Origin: Octopus sinensis
Taxonomy: Eukaryota
Length of the DNA stretch: 64,000 bases
Direction: 5' to 3'
NCBI RefSeq assembly: GCF_006345805.1
Contig: NC_043001.1
Location: forward strand, 95,232,001 to 95,296,000
Shown here: piece after piece, positions 28,420 to 41,484 of the stretch
Layout of the letters: every line of letters starts with the position of its first letter
Numbering within the stretch: the stretch's first letter is position 1
The notes under the pieces: generated by a model
What the model was told of the DNA's origin: nothing
The model's database searches: none
Seen by the model: only the letters and a program-made list of their open reading frames with translations
Position numbers and translations under genes: made by a program

Positions 28420-28559
28420 ATATGCCTCTACTTAAATCTACTCTTCTGCTCTTCCGACCGCTACTCAAATGTTCTCTACTCTATTCACTAGTCTACACTT
28501 CTCCCTCTATATCTACGTACTGGGCTAGTCTACTTCATCGTCTGGGGGCGTCCACACAA
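28420..28559. repeat. Unclassified dispersed repeat, copy 1
   Basis: 45-bp core 28515-28559 matches 54879-54923 at 42/45; both are preceded by ATGCCT and CTACT-rich sequence. Confidence 0.7.
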
Positions 28560-28869
28560 AATTTTGGGTGGTGGACTTCACTACATTTTATAGAGAACGT
28601 CAATTACTTGATATACTTTTTACTTGTTTCAGTCATGGGACTGCATCCATGCTGGAGCATCGTCTTTAGTCGAGCAAGTTGGACCCAGGTCTTATTCTTT
28701 GTAATCCTAGTACTTATTCTATCGGTCTTTTTGCTGAACTGCTAAATTACGGTGACGTAAACACACCAGTATCGGTTATCAAGCGATGTTGGGGGGAGAA
28801 ACACAGACACACAATCATATACACAAACATACATACATACATACATATATATATATATACATATATATA

Positions 28870-28927
<58 letters not shown>

Positions 28928-28952
28928 AATATATATAATATTAAATAGATAC

Positions 28953-29290
28953 AAAACCACTATTAGGCAAATCATACAATGAAAAACTTAAGCCAATACA
29001 TAAGGTTATTTAATTATATTATTTAAATATGTAACAAATTATTAAAGAAATATAATTAATATATAACTACGATCGTTTCATTGTTTAAACCTCGCCAAGA
29101 TAAATATTTAAACCACCTGATGAATGACTGTAACTTGGAAATTTAAAGAAATTAACAGCCATGAAAAGATCGTAGTGATATATTAATTATATTTTTTAAT
29201 AATTTTGTTATATATTTAAATAATATAAATTGAATAATCTTATGTATAGGCTTAAGTTTTTCATTGTATGATTTGCCTAATAGTTGTTTT
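28953..29290. mobile_element. Palindromic hammerhead element nested in the SINE
   Basis: Arms 28953-29081 and 29161-29290 with a 79-bp spacer that holds CTGATGA. Confidence 0.82.
29114..29177 (+). ncRNA. Type I hammerhead, slightly decayed
   Basis: CAC-CTGATGA(29117-29123)-ATGACTGT...ACAGCCAT-GAAA-AGATCG-TA^GTG; the inverted arm preserves GAAACGATCGTA. Confidence 0.65.
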
Positions 29291-32200
29291 TTCTCTAATT
29301 TAATATAATATAATATTTTACTATAAAATTGGATTCAATCCTAAATCTGATTTTTCCCTGTAAGTTTGGATTTATTCCTTAATATTTATTATAAATATAT
29401 ATACATATATACGACGGGCTTCTTTCAGTTTCAGTCTACCATGTCCACCCACAAGGCTTTGGTCGGCCCGAGGCTATAGTAGAAGATACTTGCCGAAGGT
29501 GCCACGCAGTAGGACTGAATCCGGAACCATGTGTTTGGTAAGCAAGCTGCATAACACACAGCCATTCCTGATATGTGAATAATTATTCTTCGGAACATGA
29601 TGAATTCGCCAAGTTCCTTACGAAATTCGCTGAGGTTATGTGTTGTTTGTGAAAACTTACGCTTTTGTCTTCTTAGAACTATTACGTTGAATTGCATTTT
29701 GTATTTGAAATTAGATTTCTTCAAATTGTAGTTAATGTATGTTTATTTTCAAATACGTACGCGTTGCCGGGCCTCTAGTTATATGAATAATCTTTATTTC
29801 CATCACCATATATTCGTATTTTATATTCTACTTAATATAATAAAGTCAAACAATGCAAAATCAAAACAGCGAACATTCGAGCCGTTAGATTTGTTCATTC
29901 GAAGTGAAGTTGAAGAGGACACTAAATGTGACAACAATCACCGGTTTCATGAATTATTCATTATTGAATTAAACAGCTTTTTTTAAGGTATTTCATATCT
30001 GAAGAAGCTGTTGCTATAAAATATTTAAAGTAATAAGAAAGGTTACTCTTTGGGGGGATTCGTTACATAACGACGTAGCAAAATATGATATATAGACAGA
30101 AGTTAAAATATTGTCTAAATAGCCCTGTAACATTATTACAGGTTTTGATTTATATCTATTTAGAGCGATGCACTCACACATGTACACCCATGCACTTTTA
30201 TACGTAAACACTGGCACATGTATATGACATGCACAGGAACACACATTTACACACATATACACACGAACGCACACACATACAGATATATGAGTGCGCGTGT
30301 GCGCGAGCGCATGTGCATTTTTATTTACAATATTTTGGGCAAAACCCTTCGTACTGTGCGCTTAAATGATCTTATGTTTCTGGTTGGTTCCTACATGTTG
30401 ATTTCATGATGAGTTAACTCAGAGGCAGTTACTGCATGTGGAATTTCTTTCTGCTTAGTATTAATTAAATAATGATAATAAAATGAATATGGAATTTGAA
30501 AAAATTTAATAATATATGCAACATATGTTTCTGCACACCACACAAGAGTTAAGCTGCAATTTAGTTTACAATTTAATCATCTCTTTTTAAAAACCAGGTT
30601 TTGAATTTATGCTTCACAAATGAATTATCTTTCTTTGCGCTGGTTCATGTTTATATCACTTTTCTGTTCATATAATACAGTACTGAACATTGCATATTAA
30701 CTTAGTTTTTTTTTCTACGGCATTTATCTTGAAACAGATAAATGGTTGTTTTGTATCAGCAGATGAAAAAACTAACTAATTTCAACATATTATTTCAACT
30801 TTGCTCAACAAATGCTCAAAGTGTTTCAGCAAATACGATGGGTTACTGAAATGTTGATGGCTTTTTGGTAAAAGAATACGTAGGAATTTCAGTAAAAATT
30901 TTATCTAACATTTTCCACCCTAAGATTCACATACTTTTTGCAGTGGTCCTTCAGTTATTCCAATCCTTGAAAACGAACTGGAAACTTTCGTCATCCACAC
31001 AGGCATATCGAGATACCCCTAAAGCCAGGAACTTTTCAGCACCCTCTAATACTCTTCTATACACGCCATATATGTTATATTTTTATTATGTATTTCATGC
31101 GATAAAGGGCATTATGATTACACCTGTCAGTCTATATATTTGTCATATATTAGCTGATTTTAATGACGTGCAGATTAACGTATAAAAGTAAGTAATTCTA
31201 ATACGAAGTATGCATGCAAAACATGATTGACTAGCAATGATACAGACAATTTAACACTCACTCGTATAGGTTTGATATTAGGAAAAATAAATGAAAATTT
31301 TTAATCATTATATTATAACTAATATGCAAATGAAATAAAGCACACCCAATTGCATAATGCCAGGAATGAACAGACGTTAGAATGTAGCCAGTGTGAAAAA
31401 GATAATACAAATTCTTGTAATTCTAAGACTAGTCTTAATCTATTTGTACTTGAACTAATATTCCCTTCTTCTCATTTGGGTATTCGCAGCGTGATTTAAA
31501 ATTCTTTGTTATTTAGTAACTGAACATTATTAATCTAACTACCCGAAATTTTCTGTAAAACATTTCGAGGAAAATTTACGATTTTGAAAATATCACTTTT
31601 ATTTTTTAGAATTCAAGCCGTATACCTGAATATTATAGGTTTCAATTAAAAGAAAAAGAAACAAAAAAACAAACAAACATAGTCCTTGTCAACATACTTT
31701 ATGTCGCTCATTCAAACTAATAAATATTCTGCTGATCATTAGAATACATACGAAGTGGCTGAGTACTTTTGCAACAGTTTAGGAAGGTTGCATCTATTTT
31801 TATTAATATGGTATATCAACTACTCACAACAGAAGAGTTCATTTGGTTTATTGGCTTAATGAGCGCCATAAATATTTTAATGAATAGACACGCGACACGG
31901 TAATAAAGCTCCATGAATAAAACATACCGTGTTTTGACAGGTGTTCAAAACGAATTGCTGATAATAAAAGCACTAATTTCACGAATCCGGGAGATCTTAT
32001 CCACTCAAGAGTAAGATCAGATGCTACCGACACTGTAGTGTTCGAAGAGGCATAATTTTATGCCAACGCATAAAACAGAGAAAATAGTAATAACAGGCAA
32101 TGCCGCCATGTATTGTATACGGTAATATTAATATAAAAGAGAATATATTGTAGCACACAATGCAGGTATCCAACCGGCACTGAGCTGTGATGTTCTGACA

Positions 32201-32610
32201 CGCTAACACGCAATACTCACAAGAATGCATAATTCTAATTGTTTCAAATTTTGGCAGAATGACAGCGATTATCGGGGAAGGGAGAATGCCCATTATATTG
32301 CATCTAGAATTCGATCAGAAAATTTAATCGACCTGAATGGATGAAAGGCATAATAGATCACGAGTAAGTTTGAACTCGGAAAGTAAACAGCCGGAAAAAA
32401 AAGCTAAAGATTGTGGCCGACGCACCAATTGCCTTGCAAGCGTACCGGATTTAACTAGTAATGAGTTAGACACAAGGTCAGTAAAGAGGATAAATTATTG
32501 GGTAAGATTAATGTCACTACTTGAGGGATACCTTATTTTTTATCGCATCCGATAGGTTTAAAAGAATAGGTGAGTGGCACCGGCAGTATTTCAATTCAGC
32601 AAGTGAATGT

Positions 32611-32920
32611 ATTTATTTATGCGCGTTTTTCAAGCCTAGCCTGGCTCATGGGCCAGTTTCCCGGTTTCTTTGGCGTATGTGTTCCCGCCAGCTGGAGAGG
32701 ACGCCAGTCCATAGCAGCGTTACTCAAGAAACAAGAAGAAAGAGTGAGAGAAAGTTGGGGCGAAAGAGTACAACAGGGGTCAGCCCCACACCTGCCGGTG
32801 CTTCGTATAGCTTTAGGCGTTTTCGCTCAATAAACTCACCAACGCCCGGTCTGAGAATCCTAACCGCCATCCTATGACCGCCTGTCCGCTGCCTTAACCA
32901 CTGGGCCATTGCGCCTCCAC
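32611..32920 (-). mobile_element. tRNA-derived SINE family C with a V-domain-like segment
   Basis: Head GTGGAGGCGCAATGGCCCAGTGGTTAAGGCAGCGGAC; internal CTGCTATGGACTGGCGTCCTCTCCAG resembles the V-SINE central motif. Confidence 0.75.
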
Positions 32921-33494
32921 CAACAAGTGAATACTCGGAAAAAATACCGCTAAGCATTTTGTCTAACGTACTAATCCGTGTATCAACTCATCACCTAAAT
33001 ATTAATATTAATGAGACTAATAATAATAATTGTATGATGTCATGATGCACTAACGGGCTTTTAATGTTAACTGGCTTTTAATCTGAACCAATTGGAGGTG
33101 CTACTATGTACATGTTTTGTCTTGGTATAAAAGATGGGCTACAACAAATATAATCTACAATACATATTTGATTATCAGTTGCCTGATAGTTTATTAGGGC
33201 CTCGAATAATTCACCACAAGATAAATGAGTGTTTCTTTCCACAATCCTAATAAAACCTTTCGCAGGGATCTTTTAAGCGGGAGGGGTTACTCAACCTCAA
33301 GATAGTTCTAACTGGACCCTAGCTGCAATGTCATGCACTGTTGTTCTTGATGTGGTATCACTACGCAGCGCATATATTGCAGTGTTGCATGTGTCTGCTG
33401 TACCGTCATGAGACGAGTAGGCATGATGTGTATACTGGTCTTCCTATATTTATATGCCAATGTCACTTTGATGAAATGCGTTATTATCCCACGC

Positions 33495-33573
<79 letters not shown>

Positions 33574-33586
33574 GTAATAATAATAA
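33495..33586. repeat. (AAT)n microsatellite
   Basis: Direct reading; abuts the LINE 5' junction. Confidence 0.97.
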
Positions 33587-34935
33587 CCATTTGCTCTCCA
33601 TGGATGATCTGAAGCATTTTAGTAAGAATGGAAAAGTGATAGATTCCTCGATACAGACTGTAAGTCTTCTCGGCAAAGATATAGAAGATATAAATGGAAT
33701 TTGGTATAGATAAGTGTGCAAAATTAGACATGAGGAGGGGACAGGTAGTCAGCAGCGAAGGTATCCAATTACCAGATCGCCAAACATTAAAGTCATTGAA
33801 AAGAGATGAGAATTTTAGGTATTTAGGATTATTAGAATCTGACAGACTACTGACTACAAAAATGAAAACGAACATTCTGAAGGAGAACATCAGAAGTGTG
33901 AGAATGCTAATGAAGTCAAAGCTAAATACTTGGGCAGTAAAATATTTAAGATAAACTGCAGCTCTTGTACGTTTGACAAAAAATGAATTAGCAAAGATAG
34001 CCAGAAATACTAGGAAGGAATTCAATACGAATGGCGGACTCCACCCAAGGAATGAAGTAGCGACATTATACCTATCTAGAAAGGCAGGTGGAAGAGGATT
34101 AATATCAATGGAAGCCTGCGTGGAGTTAGCTAGAGTAGATATAGACACCTATGTAACTAACAGTGAAGAATGTTTATCAAAAATCTGCTAGACTCACAGC
34201 ATGTCATTGTGAAACATAAACACCAAACGAAGTTGAAAAACAGAAAATGGAGAAGAAATTATCTGACTGTCAGGAGAAGGCGTTGCATAGTAGAATCCCA
34301 TTGAGTGTTTCATCAAATAGTGAAGAGACATGGTTATGTTTGCAGAAAGGTAAGCTGAAGAAGGAGGCAGACATTTCGTTAGTAGCTTTACAAAATCAAG
34401 AATTAAGGAGTAGTTTGATAAAAGCCAGGATAAAGAAAAACTAAGTAGATTCACAACGTAGATTATGCAAACTAAAAGTAGATAGCGTTCGTCATATAGT
34501 AAGTGAATATAGTATGCTTGCACAAAATGAATACAGGAAAAGATGTGACAATCTAGGGACCGCAATCCACTAGGAACTTTGTAAAAACCGAGGATTTGAA
34601 CATACTGTTAACGTGGCATGAACATGAACCTAATAAAATATAGAAAGTAATAAATACAAGATGTTGTGAGATTTTAAAACTGAGACTGACAGAGGAATGG
34701 GAGCAAGAAGGCTTGATTTGGTAATAGTAGATAAAGAGAATAGAAAGTACCAGATAATTGACTCTTCAGTTCCAAATGATGAAAACATTAATATGAGAAG
34801 TATAGAGAAAGTAGCAGAATAACAGTATCTAGCTATTGAATTACAGATACTAACGAACGTAAGGGTAAAACGTATCCCAATAATTATAGGTGTATTGCGA
34901 ACTATCCCTAAAGATCTGAAGAGCTGGACAATATA
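33585..34935 (+). mobile_element. 5'-truncated Dong/R4-clade LINE, copy 1 (RT end and REL endonuclease)
   Basis: HLLSMDDLK, MEFGIDKCA, FRYLGLLE, LHPRNEVATLYLSRKAGGRGLIS, ARRLDLVIVDKENRKYQIIDSSVPND; many stops. Confidence 0.88.
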
Positions 34936-34944
34936 TTGCACAGA

Positions 34945-36287
34945 GAAATGAAGGACAAGTTCATCGCTGCATATTTCAAGCGCCTCAAACTTCCAATGTG
35001 ATCAAAGCGCAACTCAAAGTACCTTGTGACTGCTATCAATATATAGGCTGTTGCTGTAGTCCGCTCTATTGCACCCATCCTGAGATGGATATAGGCAGTG
35101 ATTGACCAACTCGATTGCACTACTTGAAAAGCTATCACAATTCGTGATGCCCTCCACCCTATGTCAAATGTACAGAGGCTCTACATAAAGAGAGGTAATG
35201 GTGGAATTGGGCTGATTAGTGTACGGGAGTGCACAGAGAGTGAAAGAAGAAACATAGCAGAATATATGGGAAACAGCAAAGAAAGCCTTCTACACTATGT
35301 TGCTGGTGCAGAAGGACTTAACAAAAATGGATTTGAGTGCTCATGAAATCCAAAAATGAACAGCCAACAGGAGAGCAGAAAACCCTACTCCGTATGGAAA
35401 TCATGGTCAGATTTCCCGCATGGAAATCATGCTCAGAACCCAACAAATTGAAATGCCAAGAAGCATCATGGATGTGGTTCAATAAGGTTGACCTAAAAAG
35501 AATACTGAAAGCCTAATCATCGCGGCCCAGGACCAGGCATTGAATACCAACTCAGTGAAAAAGAATATATGCTACACAAGTGCACCGGACCTGTGCAGAC
35601 TGGGTGGGAACGCGGCCGAAAGTTTGACTCATTTTGTTAGTCCTTGTGGAAGTCTTGGCCAGGAAAAGTACACGCTTAAACACAGCAAAATATCCCGAAA
35701 CATCCAGTGGCTACGATGCTGCAAGTATGGCAATGAGGTTACGGATACGTGGTACCAACATACACCAGAAAAAGGTAATAGATAAAAAAGGGAAACAAAA
35801 TCCCTCTGGGATTTTGATTTCCAGAGAAAGTATTAGAGCAAAGAAAGCCGGATATAGTAACAATTCGGATGGCTAAACAAGAGTGCCTAATAACCGATAT
35901 AGCAATGCCACGAAAGAAAGAGAAACAGTTGATAAATATGGAGACCTAATAATTGAGATCGATAAGATGTGGCAGCTACGAGAGTCGAACAGAAAAAATA
36001 TTCTTAATGTCATTGTAGCATTGAGTTCAATACTTCCCAATCTGAAAACAAATCTAAAAACTCTACAATCTAGATGTATTTCGAAAGTCGGCATTACTTC
36101 GAACTGCACGCATATTGCCTAAGTACTGTCTCTCTGAGGTCCTTGTTGTGACTTGACAAACAGTGCAAGTTCCTGGTAGACACACTATCGTGAATTAACA
36201 TTCTCCCGATATTGTATACTGTGCGACATATATAATAATAAAAATAAAAAATAAAAATAATGTTAATAATAATAATAATAATCATAA

Positions 36288-36288
<1 letters not shown>
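34945..36288 (+). mobile_element. Dong/R4-clade LINE, copy 2 (divergent), with 3' end and (TAA)n tail
   Basis: LHPMSNVQRLYIKRGNGGIGLISVREC, AAQDQALNT, DLCRL, KSALLRTARI-like end, stop at 36135-36137, 3' UTR, (TAA)n at 36264-36288. Confidence 0.85.
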
Positions 36289-36383
<95 letters not shown>

Positions 36384-36399
36384 CATTATTATTATTATA
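36289..36399. repeat. (TTA)n microsatellite
   Basis: Direct reading. Confidence 0.97.
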
Positions 36400-37295
36400 T
36401 CCAAAATTGATAATAAAAAAGTAATGATGATAATAAAATTCATTAATAGTGATTATACATATATATATATATATACGCACACACAAAGCCAATTCCTTTT
36501 ATGCGTGGTACAACCTTTTAATATAATATGATGTCATTTTAGAAACTGAAATATCGTGACCATGATCACTCTTTGCTAGATTTGAGAAGTAATGAATACA
36601 CTGCATGTGGATGAGAGAGGGAAAATGGATAGCGGAAGATTATAAAATATATATTTGTTGAATAACAAATGAAACTGGAGTTGGTATGCATAATAGGATG
36701 TGCCCTTATCGCACGTCGCTTACCATTATAAAAAGTACATTACTAGAGCGTGATGGGAAGCGATAACAGTTTTTGATCCGAGATAGATTTCAAGGGAAAC
36801 ATATTATACTAAACTGCATTAATAAACTACAAAGTTATTTCATAATTATGAATTCGACATGCATCTTTAGAGACCAAATGACTAGGAACTTCGGTTTATT
36901 CATCACTAACGTAAGATCATTTATAGAAAAGTAATGTAACGTTACTGTTCATTTAGTGACCTTCGTGTGAGCATATTTAATGGTGAGCATCTGTAAATAC
37001 TTTTATCAATATATTGATTAGATAATAGCCAAATGCCAACTATCGATTTTACTTCTATAGATTTCGGATTGGTTAAACGCTTCATATGTCTTCTCACACG
37101 AAATTCATTTAAACGCTATAAAATGCATATCTGTGTCTCCCACATACCCACAGAAACACACACATGCACACACAGAGAAGCAATCTCACACAAATATAAT
37201 ATAATAATAATAATATATAATATAATATGATGTAATGTAATATAATATAATATTATATTATATTATATTATATATATATATATAATATATATATA

Positions 37296-37361
<66 letters not shown>

Positions 37362-37369
37362 TCTATTTT

Positions 37370-37412
37370 AACAAAACTGTCCGACGAACGGGAACGTAAA
37401 ACTCTGAGTAAC

Positions 37413-37422
<10 letters not shown>
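37370..37422 (+). ncRNA. Degenerate type I hammerhead (CCGACGA core)
   Basis: AACAAAA-CTGT-CCGACGA-ACG(GGAA)CGT-AAAA-CTC-T-GAG-TA^ACAG-G-TTTTGTT; G12 reads A. Confidence 0.6.
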
Positions 37423-37671
<249 letters not shown>

Positions 37672-38479
37672 TATATTCGCATCTCTCTCTCAGTTATTCC
37701 TTTTCGTAGGAGAGATGTATGTGTTTGTTCATGTATGTGTGTTAGAGTCCGTAATATTTGCCGTTTGAGGAAAAATTGCCAAATGACCTGAACAGCATGC
37801 ATAACTGGAATCTATGATGAAAGGAGCGGAATTTAGTGTTTGATCTGCATGATAATATAACAGTGAATATTAGGTACCTATATCACATCTAACTGTAAGA
37901 ATGTAACGTATGAATCTGGCTGACATCATAATACGCTTAATATATTTTCAATGCTGCCGGAAAAAAGGAATTTGACGAATATATAATTGCGTTAGCAAGA
38001 ATTATGTCACATTAATTTATGAAGATTATGCTTAACGTCAGAAATTCGTTTAGTTCATAGGGTTCGTTCTAAAGAGGAAAAATATCGAACAGAAAATTTA
38101 TAACGACTTGCAAGAAGGATAAAATCATGTTTTACTCCTCTAAAAAAGAAATAGCTATTATCATTTGCATATTAACTGTTCTATCTAGAGATGCATTTCA
38201 TTAAAACCGCTCGCAGAATTTCTCAATGAGAAATATACATAACATTTTTAAAATTACACCAATATTATTTATTCATACGAGTAAGAACCCACACGCCTTC
38301 TTACCGGTAGTTGTGTATCGTTATTGTCTCCCTGCTCGAATGCTAAGCCATACAACTGTGAGTTGTAATTGTTATGATTTTCTGCAAGACTTCATTATCT
38401 ACGAAACTGAATGTAGATCAATTTCCGCCGTGAAGAAGAATTAATCTTCTCTCTTCGCTCTTATACGCCATTTGGTCTC

Positions 38480-38845
38480 AACTCCCCCTTCTCATCTAAA
38501 TCCCCCCCTCCTCATCTAAACCCCCTCTCCCCCTCTTCATCTAACCTCCTCCCCCCGACCCCTAATTCTCTTCAGTCCTTCATCCTTTCATCCCTACTCC
38601 TCTTCCCTTCTTCCCTCTTTCTCCCTCCCTCCTTCTTCCCTCTTCCCCTCCCTCTTTCTCTCTGCTCCCTCCCTCCCCTACTCTCTCTCTCTCTCCTCTA
38701 TCCTCCCTCCTCCTCCCCCTCCTCTTCTCATCACATTCCTTCTCCGCCTTCTCTCCCCTACTCTTCTCCTCTCCTTCCTTCTCCCCCTCCCCCCTCATCT
38801 TCTCCCCTTTCTTTCTACCCCCCTCTTCCCTCATCTCCTCTCTCT
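38480..38845. repeat. Polypyrimidine/polypurine low-complexity tract
   Basis: Plus strand is almost entirely C/T; C-runs give G-runs on the minus strand. Confidence 0.9.
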
Positions 38846-39049
38846 ACACTACACCATACAACTTTACACATCACATCATATATACATACACACGTCCAGA
38901 CCTCTCATACGCATTAATACTCTCTCATACACACACACACACTCTTATGTTGGATCGAGGTCATTTAACCCTATAATCTCCCCTAAGTTCGCTCTTGCGT
39001 CTCACGTTTGATCTTTGACTTCTGGTCGAAATCAGATCGCCATGTTGAT

Positions 39050-39278
39050 TCGCTAGCCTCTGCACGCATTTTTTTTTCTCTCCTTCTTTCTGTGTTTCTT
39101 CTCTGTGTATCTTTCTGTTGAAGAGCGTAGGCTCGAAACGTTAAAGACTTGTTTTATTTATATTTCCTGAGCGCCATACTAATACAATTGCTTGTTTGTA
39201 TTCCACCTGCCTTCGTCTTTTGTTTATTTCCGTAAACCTGCCTTCGTCTTTTGTCTATTTTCATAAAGCTTCCCGTTA

Positions 39279-39285
<7 letters not shown>
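39050..39285 (+). mobile_element. Penelope-like terminal repeat, family H-var, copy 3
   Basis: TCTTT-CTGTTGAA-GAGC(GTAG)GCTC-GAAA-CGT-T-AAAGA at 39110-39147; internal duplication of ACCTGCCTTCGTCTTTTGT; tail ends in (TA)n. Confidence 0.62.
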
Positions 39286-39311
<26 letters not shown>

Positions 39312-39997
39312 CATAAATGAAATGATTTGTTTTTCTGATATTTCTTTTACAAAAGATTTTTTAAAACAAACATGATACTATTTTTCCCTCGAGTTTTAAA
39401 TTTATTTTGACAAATTATTCTCGTAAAATGAGTTCCTGTATCTTCCCAACTATTCTTTCTTTGCTAATATATTTTCTTCTTTCTCCCTTTCACCTTTGAT
39501 AACGGAATATGCATTTTTACTTAAGAAAACCAGGATGCCCCATTCTAATGATTTTCAATTAAGTTAAAGAGAATAGAGTGCTTCATAGTGGAATAAGGAC
39601 ATTAAGTATTCTATAGGAGAGTAGTAAATCGGTTGTAATAAAGGGACCATATAGTATCTACTAACGTATGAAACTTGAATAGGAAAAAAATTATGGTATT
39701 GATATTTTTCAAGAGACTTCTTTCATAACAGTAGCAAATAGCAAACCGCCAATAGAGCCACAAATTACATCATTAGGGAAACTGCTCCTGATGTGTATGC
39801 GTGGGGGTAAAAGTTTATTCAAAACCTACGCGAAAAGAGCACTTGGATAAACTAGAATACAAAGTCTTTTCATTAGAAACAGTAAAACTGAAAAACACAA
39901 GAATTATAAAAGAACACCATTGTATTACATTTTATCGATAATGACTATTTTTACATGAAAACATATGCATTATTGGGATTGTACTTATATGTAATTA

Positions 39998-41165
39998 AAT
40001 TACTCATGCTTCTATCTCTCCGGCATTCATTTCATAAACATGACGATACAGTACAACACAGAGTGAGAAGATTTTATTTAATATTCTATTCTTCAAAAAA
40101 CAAAAACAAAAAATATAAAAACCAAAAGGACTGTATTTGGCATCCACAATTCATAGCAAAACAACAGAATATAATATATAATTCCCGGTTTATCTCGTAC
40201 AACATAGCATCAAAATAGCTTTGTAGGTGAATACAAATATTATAGATAGTTTATATAGACATTTGAAAAGAAAAGCTGAAAAGTAAAAACACAATAAGAT
40301 AATGATTCATAGAAAAAGGTTGCGAACGATGTTTACTTTTTTTTTCCAATTAAATCTTTACTTAAATTGCCCTGTTTCACATATGCGCCATTCTTTCCAT
40401 TATATGCTAAAGTACACAAACAGACAACAATTATGAGACGGAAAAAGTTCCCAGCAGGCTGCTAAGGAATTCAAACTCGTACCCTAAAATTGACGGTAAT
40501 CGTTGTTAGGAGGCCGTTTAGCTTAATGGTTAGAGAAGACAGCTGGTACCTGAGGGGTACATTTTACGCGGATCACAGCCTCCTGCTGTGAACTTATTTT
40601 CCATGTTGTAAAGGTAAATTATCCACTATGTTTTCTGGTGTCTCTACAGATTTACTGCTTCAAAATTTTCGTTTTTCTCTGCAAGATCCTTCATGTGGTA
40701 TGTGTTTTCGTTGATGCATTTCTGAAGGCATTCATAGAGGTTGACCTCCACTCTCTCCAGCATTGCTTTGACAATTGTGGTGACTTCCGACATTTGTGGC
40801 GACATGTGATGCTCTATTGTCCACAGCACCATAGTTTCATCTGCAAACAAAACACAAAGACAATGCTGAAACTCTTCACAGACCGAAAGCTACCTGTCGG
40901 GTATATGTTCCTTCCCTTGAGGCTGAGTAAGAGCCATTTCAAAAACGTCCGTCCTCTCTGTCCCACCCTATATATGTGTGTGTGCGTGCGCATGTGCGTG
41001 TATGTGCGTGCGCGCGTGTGTCTATGTGTGTGAGTATTATCGTATGTTCTATTATAAATATATATGTGTGCCATAGTCACTAAAATACATATGACTAAGA
41101 ATTACTTATGCTTCTATCTCTCCGGCATTCATTTCATAAACTTAATGACGATACAGTACAACACA
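39998..41165. repeat. Pair of ~65-bp direct repeats (39998-40060 and 41100-41165)
   Basis: AATTACTYATGCTTCTATCTCTCCGGCATTCATTTCATAAAC(TTA)ATGACGATACAGTACAACACA. Confidence 0.9.
40640..40970 (-). mobile_element. Deleted Tc1/mariner-superfamily remnant
   Basis: MLERVEVNLYECLQKCINENTYHMKD resembles a transposase C-terminus; possible TIR TAGGGTGGGACAGAGAGG at 40970; partner TIR not found. Confidence 0.45.
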
Positions 41166-41415
41166 TTTATTTTCATTCCTCCACTTCACTCTCTATTTCG
41201 GATTTTATCTAAATAAACTATTGCTTAACTATTTTCTCACACTGTGTTTTTATTTCCTGTGATGCCTTCTTGTGGTCGTACCAACATTTTGCTCTGTCAA
41301 GTGCATACTTATTGCAATGTATCCAATGGACAAGCCTGGTTATATTGTCGTGGCTTCTCTTATATTTCTTCTGGGCTAGTTCCGTACATTAGCTTGTAAT
41401 ATGCCATACGATATA

Positions 41416-41484
<69 letters not shown>

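Larger units (their letters stand above)
28614..29570 (-). mobile_element. SINE family A split by an insertion in its internal microsatellite
   Basis: 3' half 28614-28830 and 5' half ~29400-29570 are colinear on the minus strand. Confidence 0.85.

Noticed and set aside
31941-32010. 70-bp candidate exon (TTTTGACAG|...AGA|GTAAGA) open in two frames
   Set aside because: Neither peptide is recognisable, and such signals are common by chance
33408-33713. ORF with a poly-Asn tract followed by HLLSMDDLK
   Set aside because: Chance read-through from a microsatellite into a truncated LINE RT
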